Assembly (NCBI GenBank): GCA_017962175.1
Contig: JAGCVU010000229.1
Coordinates: forward strand, 1,401-65,400
DNA: 64,000 nt
Reading direction: 5' to 3'
DNA from: Bacteroidales bacterium
GTDB lineage: Bacteria > Bacteroidota > Bacteroidia > Bacteroidales > UBA3824
The notes under the pieces: model-generated
What the model was told of the DNA's origin: nothing
The model's input: only the letters and a program-made list of their open reading frames with translations
Databases searched by the model: none
Shown here: in pieces, positions 36,293 to 46,824 of the stretch
Layout: every line of letters begins with the position of its first letter
How positions within the stretch are numbered: the first letter of the stretch is position 1
Translations under genes and position numbers: made by a program

Positions 36293-37906
36293 ATGAGCAA
36301 CAACAGACACCCCAAAGGTCTTTACCTTTTGTTTGTTACCGAAATGGCTGAGCGTTTCAGTTATTACGGCATGAGAGCATTATTTGTGCTATATCTTGTG
36401 GCGGCATTTTTTACCGACGAAATGGCGTCAGAAATTTACGGTTCGTACACCGGTTTGGTTTACCTTACACCGCTTTTGGGCGGATACATTGCCGATAGAT
36501 ATTGGGGCAACCGTCGCTCCATTATTTTTGGAGGATTGATTATGGCAATTGGACAATTCCTTATGTTTGCCTCGGCTTGCTTTGTAAATCAGTCGATTAT
36601 GGAAGCAAACGGACCTATCAACGACAACGTAAACAATTCACTTTCGCTATTTTTGATGTTCACCGGTTTGGTTTTCTTGATTTTTGGAAACGGATTTTTT
36701 AAGCCAAACATCTCAACCATGGTGGGCGACCTTTACGAAAAAACCGACAGCCGCAAAGATTCGGCTTTTACAATATTCTACATGGGTATCAACGTGGGAG
36801 CATTTATTGCGCCGCTCATCTGTGGTTCGCTCGGCAACGGCAACTGGACCAACCCCGGAAACTTCAAATGGGGTTTCTTCTGCGCAGGTGTGGCAATGGT
36901 GCTTTCGGTACTCGTATTTTGGCTATTCAAAGATAAAGTGCTCAAAACTCCTGAGGGACTGCAAATTGGACTTCCTCCGGCACAAAGCGAACTACGTCAC
37001 GAAAAAGACGAACTTGCTCACCAAGAGGCAATTGCACATCATCAAGAAAAAGCCGACGTACACAATTCGCCATTCCGCTTGTGGGGCTGCATCATTGGCG
37101 CGGCTGTAATGTTTGTGCTATTCTCCTTAGGCTCAGAAAGTTTCAACGATTACATTTCGGCTGCAATTTACTCTATTTCGCTTGCATTGCCCGTGTTTAT
37201 CATCACCGACCGCGGACTCACCAAAGACGAAAAAAGCCGCATCGGAGTTATCTATATTATAGCGGTGTTTGTAATCTTCTTTTGGAGTGCGTTTGAACAG
37301 GCTGGTTCGTCGCTAACACTGTTTGCTGAAAAACAAACCGACCGAACTATTGGCGATTGGGAAATGCCCACAACATGGTTTCAATCTATCAACCCAATAG
37401 TTGTTGTATGCTTTGCTCCAATTATGGCAATGCTTTGGCAGTTTTTGGCTAAGAAAAAAATGGAACCCTTCTCACCCGCAAAACAGGCTATCGGCTTAAT
37501 GCTCTTAGCCATTGGATATGTGGTAATTGCATTTGGAACTCACGGATTAGACGCTAACGCAAAAGCCTCTATGTGGTGGTTGTTTGCTCTCTACTTTATA
37601 CACACAATTGGCGAGTTAAGCCTCTCACCCATAGGACTTTCGATGGTAAACAAACTTTCACCCGCACGTCTTGCATCATTGTTGATGGGCGTATGGTTTA
37701 TGAGCAACGCCGCATCAAACATCTTGGCTGGCAAATTGGCAACCCTCCTACCCGGTGCCAACGGCGAAACCAAATCATTTCTCGGTTTTGAAATCACCAA
37801 CTTGACAGAATTTTTCATGCTCTTTGCAATAATGGCAGGAGCGGCATCAATAATACTTTTTGCCCTTTGCCCGATGTTAAAGAAAATGATGAAAGGGGTG
37901 CAGTAA
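36293..37906 (+). CDS. POT/PTR family proton-dependent oligopeptide MFS transporter
   Basis: EMAERFSYYGMR, GGYIADR, GFFKPN, FYMGINVG, FEQAGSS, FQSINP and GEL..SPIGLS. Confidence 0.95.
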   Translation: MSNNRHPKGLYLLFVTEMAERFSYYGMRALFVLYLVAAFFTDEMASEIYGSYTGLVYLTPLLGGYIADRYWGNRRSIIFGGLIMAIGQFLMFASACFVNQSIMEANGPINDNVNNSLSLFLMFTGLVFLIFGNGFFKPNISTMVGDLYEKTDSRKDSAFTIFYMGINVGAFIAPLICGSLGNGNWTNPGNFKWGFFCAGVAMVLSVLVFWLFKDKVLKTPEGLQIGLPPAQSELRHEKDELAHQEAIAHHQEKADVHNSPFRLWGCIIGAAVMFVLFSLGSESFNDYISAAIYSISLALPVFIITDRGLTKDEKSRIGVIYIIAVFVIFFWSAFEQAGSSLTLFAEKQTDRTIGDWEMPTTWFQSINPIVVVCFAPIMAMLWQFLAKKKMEPFSPAKQAIGLMLLAIGYVVIAFGTHGLDANAKASMWWLFALYFIHTIGELSLSPIGLSMVNKLSPARLASLLMGVWFMSNAASNILAGKLATLLPGANGETKSFLGFEITNLTEFFMLFAIMAGAASIILFALCPMLKKMMKGVQ

Positions 37907-37916
37907 CATATTAATA

Positions 37917-39074
37917 ATGAAGAATATGCCGGTTATCGTGATTTTTTTTGGATTACTCTACATAGGAGCATGCTTTTATCTATACATGCGTATGCGCTGC
38001 GCAATTCCTCTTGCCAACACAGGTTGGGGCATTGCGGTGCGTATATTATATATAGTGTTGTGCGCAAGTTTTTTTATTGGTTTTGCACTTCAACGAAACC
38101 ATTTGGTACTGTCGCAACCGTTTGTTACCACAGGAAACTGGATGCTTGCCGCCGCACTTTACCTATTTTTGATATTTTTTGTAATCGACATAGCCCGCAT
38201 TGTCAACGCCATATCTTTTAAGGCAGAATGGCTTACATTCCGCTACAAACCGGGCGATGCCAAGGCAGAACTTTTTGCCACCGTGGGAGGAATAATCTGT
38301 GCCATTATACTCATTGTAGGCTATTTCAACGCGCACAATCCCACACGTCGCGAAATCACATTTCACACCCAAAAAGAGATACAACGGCCATTTAAATTCG
38401 TATTAGTCAGCGATGTACATTTAGGTCAAGTAAACGGCGACCGATTTTTCACCACCCTTGCCAACCGCATCAACGCCGAAGACGCTGATTTTGTGGTAAT
38501 TGCTGGTGATTTTTTCGATGGCAACCCCACGCCGGTGCTTTATAGTCACGCCGATTCGATACTCCGCTCAATAAAAACACGCTACGGAATATATGCCGTA
38601 AATGGCAATCACGAGTGGATTGGCGATGTCTACACTGCCGACGAATTTATGCAAAAAAACGGCGTAACTGTGCTACGCGATTCTACTGCGCAACTGCCCC
38701 TTGGCGTAACAATTATTGGTCGCGAAGACCGTTCAGAGCGTCTCCATCCTGATAGCAAACATCACGGTTGCAAATCGTTAGAATCATTAGTTGAAAATAT
38801 CGACCGCACCAACTACCTTATCAACGTAGACCATCAGCCCTACAACCTCCCCGAAGCGGAGCAAAACGGCATCGACCTTCAACTTTCGGGACATACTCAC
38901 CACGGGCAATTGTTCCCCTTAAACTTTCTCACCTCCAAAATCTACGAATGTTCGTTTGGACAGCACCGCAGAGGCAACACCGACTACTACGTTTCGTCAG
39001 GCTACGGCACATGGGGTCCACCGATTAGAACCACGTGCAGACCTGAGATGGTGGTTATCAATGTGGAGAGATAA
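37917..39074 (+). CDS. Membrane-anchored calcineurin-like metallophosphoesterase (YkuE-like)
   Basis: N-terminal TM helices, then SDVHLG, AGDFFD, GNHE, HQP and SGHTHHGQ. Confidence 0.92.
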   Translation: MKNMPVIVIFFGLLYIGACFYLYMRMRCAIPLANTGWGIAVRILYIVLCASFFIGFALQRNHLVLSQPFVTTGNWMLAAALYLFLIFFVIDIARIVNAISFKAEWLTFRYKPGDAKAELFATVGGIICAIILIVGYFNAHNPTRREITFHTQKEIQRPFKFVLVSDVHLGQVNGDRFFTTLANRINAEDADFVVIAGDFFDGNPTPVLYSHADSILRSIKTRYGIYAVNGNHEWIGDVYTADEFMQKNGVTVLRDSTAQLPLGVTIIGREDRSERLHPDSKHHGCKSLESLVENIDRTNYLINVDHQPYNLPEAEQNGIDLQLSGHTHHGQLFPLNFLTSKIYECSFGQHRRGNTDYYVSSGYGTWGPPIRTTCRPEMVVINVER

Positions 39075-39178
39075 AAAAATCAAAAAAAAATCTCAAAATC
39101 GAATACACCTTGGATTATTTTTTGTATATTTGAGTTATTAAAAAAGAAAAAATAGAACTCAACCTTACAATTAAATAT

Positions 39179-41116
39179 ATGAACTCCAAGACGGTACAAT
39201 CGGGCATATTACGCGTGGCACTATTAGGCGCTGTAATAATGATTATTGCATTGATACTTTATTATATGTTTCAATACAAGCAGTTAAACGCCGTGCGCGA
39301 ATACTCCAAAAAAGATAAAGAACTGCTTATCGACCGAATATTAAGCGTTACCTACCATCAATACACCAACATTGTGCACGACAACTCTGCTTGGGACGAG
39401 TGCTACCAAGCTATGTGCGAAGGCAACAAAAAATGGCTCGACGACAATATCGGCTATATGATTGATGGATACAAGGCCGCCGCCGTGGGAATGTTCGACA
39501 CTCTTGGCATCATCAAATACGAAAACCGAGCAGCGGGAATGGAAAACATACCATTCTATCCATTTGCAGGTGCAGATATGGGGAATCTCTTTACCAAAGA
39601 GCTGTTTCCGCATTTTTATGCTAAGTTTGAAGGCAAGCACTTTGTATATTTCTGCTCGTGCCTTGTGTCGGCAGCCAGCATCAACAGCCGCAACGAAAAA
39701 CCGCGCGGCTATATGATTTTTGTAAAAGAGATTGCCGAAGAAGATATCAACCTTATGAGCATAGCCCTCGGTGGTATGCATATGACCTTTGCCCAAGACG
39801 ATAAAGCCTATACCGACACAGTTAAGGCTGTTGCTCCGATGGCTGTTACCAATCGCGAACTTGTAAACTACACCAACAAGCACGTGGCATATATGTGTTT
39901 TTGCTACGAAGATATGCTGTCGAAACAGTTGAACCAATTTGTGCCTATATTCCTACTGATTGCATTTTTATGTCTTGGAATATTCTTTGCCATAATGCTT
40001 TACGTAAAAGTGAAGGTAACAAAACCGCTTTCACAAATTGATGAATCGTTTAAATCAGAAAAAACCGACAGCATTGTACCTCTAAAATCCGAAACCAACG
40101 AATTTGGAGTGATTTCGCGGATGATGGAAGACTTTTTTGAGCAAAAAAACAGTCTCAAACAACTCAACGAAGAACTTGCAACTCAAAAATCTGAAATTTT
40201 GATGCAAAACGAGGCTTTGCAGCAGCAAAAAGAGGAAATTCTGGTTCAAAGCGAAAACGTTAATATGCTCAACGAGGAGTTGCGCACTATCAACGATGAC
40301 CTTGCCGCTCAGAAACTGCTTTTAGAGATGCGAAACCACGAAATCACAGCTGCCAACAATCAGTTGACTTCGGGCATTAACTACGCAAGTCGTCTGCAAT
40401 CTGCTATGGTTCAAGCAGTAGCGCCTAATTACAGTATTTTCCGCAACTACTTTGTAATATATCATCCAAAAGATATCGTTGGCGGTGATTTCTATTTCGC
40501 CAAAAAAGTCAACAACCTTATTATTGCCGCTATGGGCGACTGCACAGGACACGGAGTTCCGGGTGCTATACTTGCCAGCATGGGACTTTCATTCCTCAAC
40601 GAACTCATCAACGATCGTAAGGGCAGCGACATTTTGCCGGGTGAAATTCTCGATGAACTTCGCAAAAAAGTGACCTCGGCTCTCGGTCTCGACCAAGATG
40701 GACAATTGCGCAACGACGGTATGGACATTGCTCTGCTTATCTACGATGCAACTACCGGTTTAGGTCATTACGCCGGCGCACAACGCCCGATGGTATTGGT
40801 TCGCGACAACACAATACAAACCATCAAAGGCGACTCAATGCCTATCGGACACTTTATTTTAGACAAAAACTTTTCTACTGTAACTATTCAGTTGCAAACC
40901 AACGACAAAATATATCTCTATTCTGATGGCTGTACCGACCAAAACGGTGGAGAGTTTAACCGCAAAATTATGTCTAAGAACTTTAAAGACAAAATCTTGG
41001 AATTCTCCACAATGCCGTTTGAAAAACAAAAAGGAGCGTTGGAAAAATTCATCTTCGACTGGAAAGGCGACAAGATGCAAACCGACGACATCACACTTTT
41101 AGCTTTCGAAATATAA
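39179..41116 (+). CDS. Membrane sensor phosphatase: CHASE4-like periplasmic domain, HAMP-like linker, coiled coil, PP2C/SpoIIE
   Basis: DNSAWDE.Y (CHASE4-like), two TM helices, KPL...NEFG, PKDIVGGDFY, GDCTGHGVPGA, YSDGCTDQ and DDITLL. Confidence 0.85.
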   Translation: MNSKTVQSGILRVALLGAVIMIIALILYYMFQYKQLNAVREYSKKDKELLIDRILSVTYHQYTNIVHDNSAWDECYQAMCEGNKKWLDDNIGYMIDGYKAAAVGMFDTLGIIKYENRAAGMENIPFYPFAGADMGNLFTKELFPHFYAKFEGKHFVYFCSCLVSAASINSRNEKPRGYMIFVKEIAEEDINLMSIALGGMHMTFAQDDKAYTDTVKAVAPMAVTNRELVNYTNKHVAYMCFCYEDMLSKQLNQFVPIFLLIAFLCLGIFFAIMLYVKVKVTKPLSQIDESFKSEKTDSIVPLKSETNEFGVISRMMEDFFEQKNSLKQLNEELATQKSEILMQNEALQQQKEEILVQSENVNMLNEELRTINDDLAAQKLLLEMRNHEITAANNQLTSGINYASRLQSAMVQAVAPNYSIFRNYFVIYHPKDIVGGDFYFAKKVNNLIIAAMGDCTGHGVPGAILASMGLSFLNELINDRKGSDILPGEILDELRKKVTSALGLDQDGQLRNDGMDIALLIYDATTGLGHYAGAQRPMVLVRDNTIQTIKGDSMPIGHFILDKNFSTVTIQLQTNDKIYLYSDGCTDQNGGEFNRKIMSKNFKDKILEFSTMPFEKQKGALEKFIFDWKGDKMQTDDITLLAFEI

Positions 41117-41129
41117 AAGAACAACAGAT

Positions 41130-41168
41130 AAAAAAATGTCCGAAGCAAATTGCTTCGGACATTTTTTT
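41130..41168. terminator. Bidirectional intrinsic terminator
   Basis: Perfect inverted repeat AAAAAAATGTCCGAAGCAA-A-TTGCTTCGGACATTTTTTT between convergent genes. Confidence 0.9.
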
Positions 41169-41188
41169 ATGAACTAAACTTTTTAAAA

Positions 41189-42244
41189 CTAATCAATCAA
41201 ATTAGCTTCAATTTGTTGAGCCTCGGTAACGTGGATTTGTTGTCCGTCGTTGAAACAAACGATAAACGATTGTTTGAGGTTCATTCCCATTTCAGCTTGT
41301 TGAGCCTCTTCGTAACTGCGGTAGCATCCGATCCAGTATTTGTAGAAACCATCGCTCTGACGCTCGTCGATTTTAAGGTTGCCCTTGTAAAGACGTTGAA
41401 GTTTACGTTGGCTCCATTTACGTTTGTCGGCGCAAATCTGAATACGATAAGCAAGACCCTCGTCGGGATTGTCAGAAGTAACTCTTCTTTGACGTCCGGC
41501 ATTCTGAAGGTTGGCTATACGGCGTTGTGCCTCACTCACATATTTACCGTTGGGATATTTGTTGATGTACTTTTTGTATGCATCAATAGTGTTAACCGCA
41601 ACAGTAGAATTCCAAAATGATTGTTCAGCGGCAGCTTCTTGATTTTTGCGTTCCTCTTGAGTGTAAAGAAGTTTAAGAGCGCTGTAGCAGTTGTCGCCTG
41701 CACTTTGGAATTTCGACTTGCACGAAGCCATATCAGATTTCAAAGTGCTGTAAGTTTTGGTTTCCAGCGATTTAGCAGTGAGTTTTCCGTAAGGCGAAAG
41801 TTTAGCAGAGCCGTCTTGCAAGTCGTTTTCAGCATCGCTCAAATAAGAATCGGCTTGGCTCTTGTCGCTCGGGTATATAAACTCAGAACCTTCAATCACT
41901 TGTTTGTAAATATCGTAAAGCGAAGTGTACGATTTTTCGTAGAGTTTGGTAGCCTTGATACGCAGCGATTTGGCCTCGGCAGATTTTTTCTCGCCTTTTT
42001 TTAGTTTGCCTTTTTTGCTGCTGTTGAGAAACTTACCGTTGGCTTTGTCTTGCGACTCAGCCTGTGCCACAAATTTTTCACCCTTGGTGATATCATCCTG
42101 AAGCTTTAAAAGCGATGAGTTTTGCTCGTCGGTAAGTTGGAAGTGCGAAAGGAGGTCGAACATGTCGGGATCCTGAGCCTGTGTAAGACCGGGAAACGAC
42201 AACATTGCCGCCAAAAGTGCTGATGGTATTAATACTTTTTTCAT
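41189..42244 (-). CDS. Exported helical protein with C-terminal SPOR-like domain
   Basis: Signal peptide ending TQA, helical body, AYKKYINKYPNGKY motif and YRIQI...YKYWIG.YRSYEEA...SFIV tail. Confidence 0.7.
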   Translation of the reverse strand: MKKVLIPSALLAAMLSFPGLTQAQDPDMFDLLSHFQLTDEQNSSLLKLQDDITKGEKFVAQAESQDKANGKFLNSSKKGKLKKGEKKSAEAKSLRIKATKLYEKSYTSLYDIYKQVIEGSEFIYPSDKSQADSYLSDAENDLQDGSAKLSPYGKLTAKSLETKTYSTLKSDMASCKSKFQSAGDNCYSALKLLYTQEERKNQEAAAEQSFWNSTVAVNTIDAYKKYINKYPNGKYVSEAQRRIANLQNAGRQRRVTSDNPDEGLAYRIQICADKRKWSQRKLQRLYKGNLKIDERQSDGFYKYWIGCYRSYEEAQQAEMGMNLKQSFIVCFNDGQQIHVTEAQQIEANLID

Positions 42245-42310
42245 GCTGGTGTTAATTTAGTTTTTTTAATGTCTTATATATAACTTGACTTTTACAAAAT
42301 TATTGCCAAA

Positions 42311-43597
42311 CTAAATCTTATCCAACGCCTGCTTGATATCGGCTATAATGTCGTCAGCATTTTCGATACCCACTGAGAAACGGATAAGGTCGGGCTGAAC
42401 ACCTGCAGCTATCAACTGCTCGTCGGTTAACTGACGGTGAGTATGACTTGCGGGGTGAAGCACACACGAGCGGGCATCTGCCACATGCGTTACAATGGCA
42501 ACAAACTTGAGACTATCCATAAACTTGATCGACTCTTCACGTCCGCCCTTAATACCAAAGCAAAGAACGCCACATGAACGTCCACCGTCAAACTGTTTTT
42601 GAGCAAGTTTGTAGTAAGGATTGCTCTTGAGACCGCTATAATTGATCCAAGCAATTTTGGGATGATTTTCCAAAAATTCAGCCACTTTCTGAGCATTTTC
42701 GCAATGACGGGGTACACGCAAGTGAAGTGTTTCCAAACCGATATTCAACAAAAATGCGTTCATCGGGCTTTGAATTGAACCTAAATCTCTCATCAACTGT
42801 GCAGTAGCTTTGGTAATAAAAGCCTTTTTGCCAAAAGCCTTGGTGTAAGCCAATCCGTGGTACGATTCATCGGGCTGTGTAAGTCCGGGGAATTTGTCGG
42901 CATATTTTTCCCAATCAAAATTTCCGCTATCAACAATACAACCACCAACTGCAAGTGCATGACCATCCATATATTTTGTGGTAGAGTGTATTACGATGTC
43001 GGCACCCCATTCAAACGGACGACAGTTGATAGGAGTGGCAAAAGTATTATCAACGATCAACGGCACACCGTGTTTTTTTGCAATACGCGAAAATTTCTCA
43101 AAATCAAGCACATGGCAAGTAGGATTAGAGATAGTTTCGGCAAAAAGACATTTGGTATTTGGGCGGAATGCCTTAGAAATTTCCTCCTCTGAAGCGTCTG
43201 AGTCTACCATAGTGCACTCAATACCGAGCTTCTTCATAGTCACCAAAAAGAGGTTGTAGGTGCCGCCGTAAATATTCTTGCTGCTGACAAAATGGTCGCC
43301 AGCCTCGCAGATATTGAAAACAGAATAGAAGCTTGCAGCCTGTCCCGACGAAGTAAGCATAGCAGCCACGCCGCCTTCAAGGTCAGCAATTTTAGCAGCC
43401 ACAGCATCGTTGGTTGGATTCTGCAAACGTGTGTAGAAATACCCCTCGGCCTTCAAATCAAAAAGGTCGGCCATAGCGGCAGTGTTTTCATATTTGAAAG
43501 TAGTACTCTGAAAAATAGGCAGCACGCGGGGATCACCGCTTTTGGGCTGCCAGCCCGACTGTACGCATACAGTCTCCAATGATTTCTTTTCTGACAT
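42311..43597 (-). CDS. metY: O-acetylhomoserine aminocarboxypropyltransferase (sulfhydrylase)
   Basis: YTRLQNPT, SSGQAA, VDNTFATP, PLP lysine in HSTTKYMDGH, HPASHTHRQL and RFSVGIE. Confidence 0.93.
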   Translation of the reverse strand: MSEKKSLETVCVQSGWQPKSGDPRVLPIFQSTTFKYENTAAMADLFDLKAEGYFYTRLQNPTNDAVAAKIADLEGGVAAMLTSSGQAASFYSVFNICEAGDHFVSSKNIYGGTYNLFLVTMKKLGIECTMVDSDASEEEISKAFRPNTKCLFAETISNPTCHVLDFEKFSRIAKKHGVPLIVDNTFATPINCRPFEWGADIVIHSTTKYMDGHALAVGGCIVDSGNFDWEKYADKFPGLTQPDESYHGLAYTKAFGKKAFITKATAQLMRDLGSIQSPMNAFLLNIGLETLHLRVPRHCENAQKVAEFLENHPKIAWINYSGLKSNPYYKLAQKQFDGGRSCGVLCFGIKGGREESIKFMDSLKFVAIVTHVADARSCVLHPASHTHRQLTDEQLIAAGVQPDLIRFSVGIENADDIIADIKQALDKI

Positions 43598-43711
43598 TGT
43601 GTTGTTTATTAAAATAATTTTGACACAAATATAAAAAAAATTTTTATTTCTCAGTAATTTGCAAGAAATTTGCGTAGTGAAAATATTAGAGTTTAATTAA
43701 ACACACACGAT

Positions 43712-44614
43712 ATGACAAAAAAAATAATGATGTTAGCAACCATTTTGTGTTGCGCAACTATCTGTTTTGGACAAAAAAACGGATTAGACAAAATCGACTT
43801 TAGCAAATCTGCAGCCGCAAACCTCAACAACATCAAGGCTATAGAAGCCGGAATGAAATACGTAGGTCAAAGCGCATACAAGTCGGTAGACAAGAACATA
43901 TCGGCGGGTGGATACTACATTTCCACATCCGAAACCACCAACGGTATCTACAACGCGTTTCTCAAAGATCTGAAAGACAACGGTCTTAACGACATTTACG
44001 AAACTTGCAAAGTGAACGGCGAAGGCTGGATGAGCTTAAGCGAAGCTTTTGAATCAGCTTCCAAATCTTACCACACCGACGGCAAATGGAACGAATATCC
44101 GGTAGTAAACATCACCAAAGAAGCTGCCGAAACATTCTGCCTTTGGTTTACAAAACTTTACGCAACATACAACGGTGCTAAATTCAACAATGCAGAATTC
44201 CGTTTGCCCACCGAGAGCGAATGGATTGTAGCTGCTGCAGGTGGAACCGAAAACGCCATGTACCCTTGGGACGGCAAATTCTTACGCAATAAAAAAGGTG
44301 AATGGTGTGCCAACTTCCACGTAGCCGGCGAAGAAAACATCCGACTCAACAAAGAAACCGGCAACGTTGAAATTCTCGACGATAACGTTCTTTACCAAAC
44401 CACACTTGTACCTGTAAAATCTTATGCTCCAAACAAATACGGTTTGTATCAGATGGCTGGCAACGCTGCAGAACTTACCGCAGAAGGCAAAGTAAAAGGC
44501 GGTTCGTGGCATAGCTACGGATACTATATGCAGATTGCAGCCGACGACGAGTACGGTAGCGACAAACTGCCCAACCCATTCACAGGATTCCGCCTTGTGA
44601 TGAAGGTTCGCTAA
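43712..44614 (+). CDS. Exported SUMF1/FGE-sulfatase domain protein (GldK/GldJ-related fold)
   Basis: YPVVNIT, FRLPTESEW, YPW, PNKYGLYQMAGNAAE, KGGSW and GFRLV. Confidence 0.88.
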   Translation: MTKKIMMLATILCCATICFGQKNGLDKIDFSKSAAANLNNIKAIEAGMKYVGQSAYKSVDKNISAGGYYISTSETTNGIYNAFLKDLKDNGLNDIYETCKVNGEGWMSLSEAFESASKSYHTDGKWNEYPVVNITKEAAETFCLWFTKLYATYNGAKFNNAEFRLPTESEWIVAAAGGTENAMYPWDGKFLRNKKGEWCANFHVAGEENIRLNKETGNVEILDDNVLYQTTLVPVKSYAPNKYGLYQMAGNAAELTAEGKVKGGSWHSYGYYMQIAADDEYGSDKLPNPFTGFRLVMKVR

Positions 44615-44641
44615 TAGTTAAAAAACATTATACACTGCAAT

Positions 44642-44666
44642 AACGCCGTTTAACACGGCGTTTTTT
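44642..44666 (+). terminator. Intrinsic terminator
   Basis: AACGCCGT-TTAAC-ACGGCGTT followed by TTTT. Confidence 0.75.
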
Positions 44667-44696
44667 ATACATTTCTACACCTTATATATATAGATT

Positions 44697-45740
44697 ATGA
44701 AACAGATAATAATAATTGCAGCGATACTGATACTCGGATTGCAAAATATTCATGCTCAACAAAAAGTCGAGGTGAAATGGCTGACCTTTGAAGAAGCCGA
44801 AAAACTCGACAGCACCGACCACCGACCGTTTCTTATCGATGTGTATACCGATTGGTGCGGTTGGTGTAAACGTATGAGTGCGGTAACATTCGCCAATCCA
44901 AACATCGCAAATTACATCAACCAAAACTTTTACCCCATAAGGTTTGATGCAGAAACTTCCGACACTATAAAATTCAGAAACAAAGAGCACAAGAGCAACG
45001 GCAAAGTAAACGAACTTGCGATAGAATTGCTTCACGGACGGCTCTCCTACCCCACTATCGTATACATCGACCGCGACTCTAACGCTATGCCGGTGCCCGG
45101 ATATATGGAACCAAAAGACATAGAGCCTCTGTTGGTATATTTTTCGGAAAACGTTAGCCGAAACGCATCGCCGGAAACCTTCAAAAACGACTTTATATTC
45201 ACATTTCCAAAAGTTTACGCCGAAGAAATCAAAAATACTGAGAAAGCCCTAATGCCCGACACTACCGGCAAAATCGAATGGCTTTCGATCGAAGAAGCGT
45301 TTAAAAAAGCGGAAAAAGACCCTAAACCTATTATGATAGACCTTTGGATCGACTTTTTTCCCACAGGTGTAAAATACTCAATATCAGGCAACATTGCCAC
45401 ACAAACTGTGTTCAAAGATAGCGAACTATGCGATTATATCAACAAAAACTACTATCCCGTAAAATTCTACGCTGCATCGCAAGATACCGTAAAAGTGTTT
45501 GGACAAACGTTCACAGGTTTGGGAGAAGGTATGCCGCACCAACTTACAACAGCTCTTATGAACAATAGTTACACATTTCCTTCGGTATTTTTCTTCAACA
45601 AGCAAAGGCAATTCATCTCAAGAATCAACGAGTATTTCGACTCTAAAACATACAAAATTATTTTACAATACTACGCCGAAGAGGCTTACCTAAAAGAAAA
45701 ATTCGGCGACTTTTACAAACGCAACAAAAATGGACGATAA
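44697..45740 (+). CDS. Exported tandem thioredoxin-like (DUF255-type) protein
   Basis: Domain 1 has DVYTDWCGWCKRM and SYPT; domain 2 is homologous (IEWLSIEEA...YYPVKF...TFPS) but has no CxxC. Confidence 0.85.
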   Translation: MKQIIIIAAILILGLQNIHAQQKVEVKWLTFEEAEKLDSTDHRPFLIDVYTDWCGWCKRMSAVTFANPNIANYINQNFYPIRFDAETSDTIKFRNKEHKSNGKVNELAIELLHGRLSYPTIVYIDRDSNAMPVPGYMEPKDIEPLLVYFSENVSRNASPETFKNDFIFTFPKVYAEEIKNTEKALMPDTTGKIEWLSIEEAFKKAEKDPKPIMIDLWIDFFPTGVKYSISGNIATQTVFKDSELCDYINKNYYPVKFYAASQDTVKVFGQTFTGLGEGMPHQLTTALMNNSYTFPSVFFFNKQRQFISRINEYFDSKTYKIILQYYAEEAYLKEKFGDFYKRNKNGR

Positions 45741-46758
45741 AAAATCGCTCTTAGGTCTTACCCTGAGCCAACTTACAGATATTACAGCCCAACTCGGCAT
45801 ACCCAAATTTGTAGCAAAACAAATTGCAGATTGGCTATACAAAAAAAACGTGAGCTCAATAGAACAGATGACCAATCTGTCGAAAAAAGTTCGCGCACAG
45901 TTGGAAGAAAACTATATTGTAGGTATGTATCCTCCTGAAAAAGAAACAGTTTCGACCGACGGTACAAAAAAATACCTGTACCGAGTTTGCAACGATCGTT
46001 TTATCGAAGCAGCTTACATTCCCGACCGTGATCGTGCCACATTGTGCGTGTCGGTACAAGCAGGCTGCAAAATGGGTTGCAAATTCTGCAACACTGGTTT
46101 GCAAGGCTTCGGAGGCAATCTTTCTACCATAGAAATTCTCAATCAGATAGTTAGCCTTCCGGAATATTCCACGCTCACAAATCTGGTGTTTATGGGTATG
46201 GGCGAACCATTAGACAATCTCGCAAACGTATTGTCTACCTTAGAAATACTCACAGCCGACTATGGATTTGCAATGAGTCCTCGTAGAATAACCCTATCAA
46301 CCGTGGGTCTGATAAAACATCTTGACGAATTTATCGAAAAAACCGACGTACATCTTGCAGTAAGCGTTCACAATGCATTTTCCGACCAGCGAGTAGAGAT
46401 AATGCCCATAGAAGCCACCAATCCTCTGCAAAAAGTAATCGACATTGTAAAGAAATACGACTTCCGCCATCAGCGAAGATTTTCTGCCGAATACATTATG
46501 ATAAAGGGCGTTAACGATTCACCGGCACACGCTCGACAACTTGCCAAAGTGCTTTCACCAATACCGTCGAGAGTAAATCTAATACGCTACCACGCACATC
46601 CGGGCAGCGAATTTGAATCGTCATCTGAAATCAGAATCAAAGAATTTCAAGAGATACTCAACGCCAAAAACATCACCACCACCATACGCGCATCACGAGG
46701 TGAAGATATTTTTGCAGCTTGTGGACTACTGAGTACCAAAGAGTTACAAAAAAATTAA
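45730..46758 (+). CDS. rlmN: 23S rRNA m2A2503 / tRNA methyltransferase RlmN (radical SAM)
   Basis: STDGTKKYL, CVSVQAGCKMGCKFC, FMGMGEP and RGEDIFAACGLL. Confidence 0.96.
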   Translation: MDDKKSLLGLTLSQLTDITAQLGIPKFVAKQIADWLYKKNVSSIEQMTNLSKKVRAQLEENYIVGMYPPEKETVSTDGTKKYLYRVCNDRFIEAAYIPDRDRATLCVSVQAGCKMGCKFCNTGLQGFGGNLSTIEILNQIVSLPEYSTLTNLVFMGMGEPLDNLANVLSTLEILTADYGFAMSPRRITLSTVGLIKHLDEFIEKTDVHLAVSVHNAFSDQRVEIMPIEATNPLQKVIDIVKKYDFRHQRRFSAEYIMIKGVNDSPAHARQLAKVLSPIPSRVNLIRYHAHPGSEFESSSEIRIKEFQEILNAKNITTTIRASRGEDIFAACGLLSTKELQKN

Positions 46759-46824
46759 CATTCATTCACAAAATGAACAAAATGAATAGACACAACATTG
46801 CCGATAACAATGTAAATTTGTGAC

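Noticed and set aside
43598-43711. SAM riboswitch upstream of metY
   Set aside because: The -7 element at 43626-43633 implies a leader of only about 25 nt, and no structured GC-containing motif is present.
43712-44614. Calling the SUMF1-domain gene gldK or gldJ
   Set aside because: It is shorter than expected and has no adjacent gldL/M/N, so only the fold can be supported.
45730-46758. Radical SAM enzyme as the maturase for the TCYD protein
   Set aside because: Its motifs (MGMGEP, AACG) identify it as housekeeping RlmN, it has no SPASM domain, and it is over 40 kb away.
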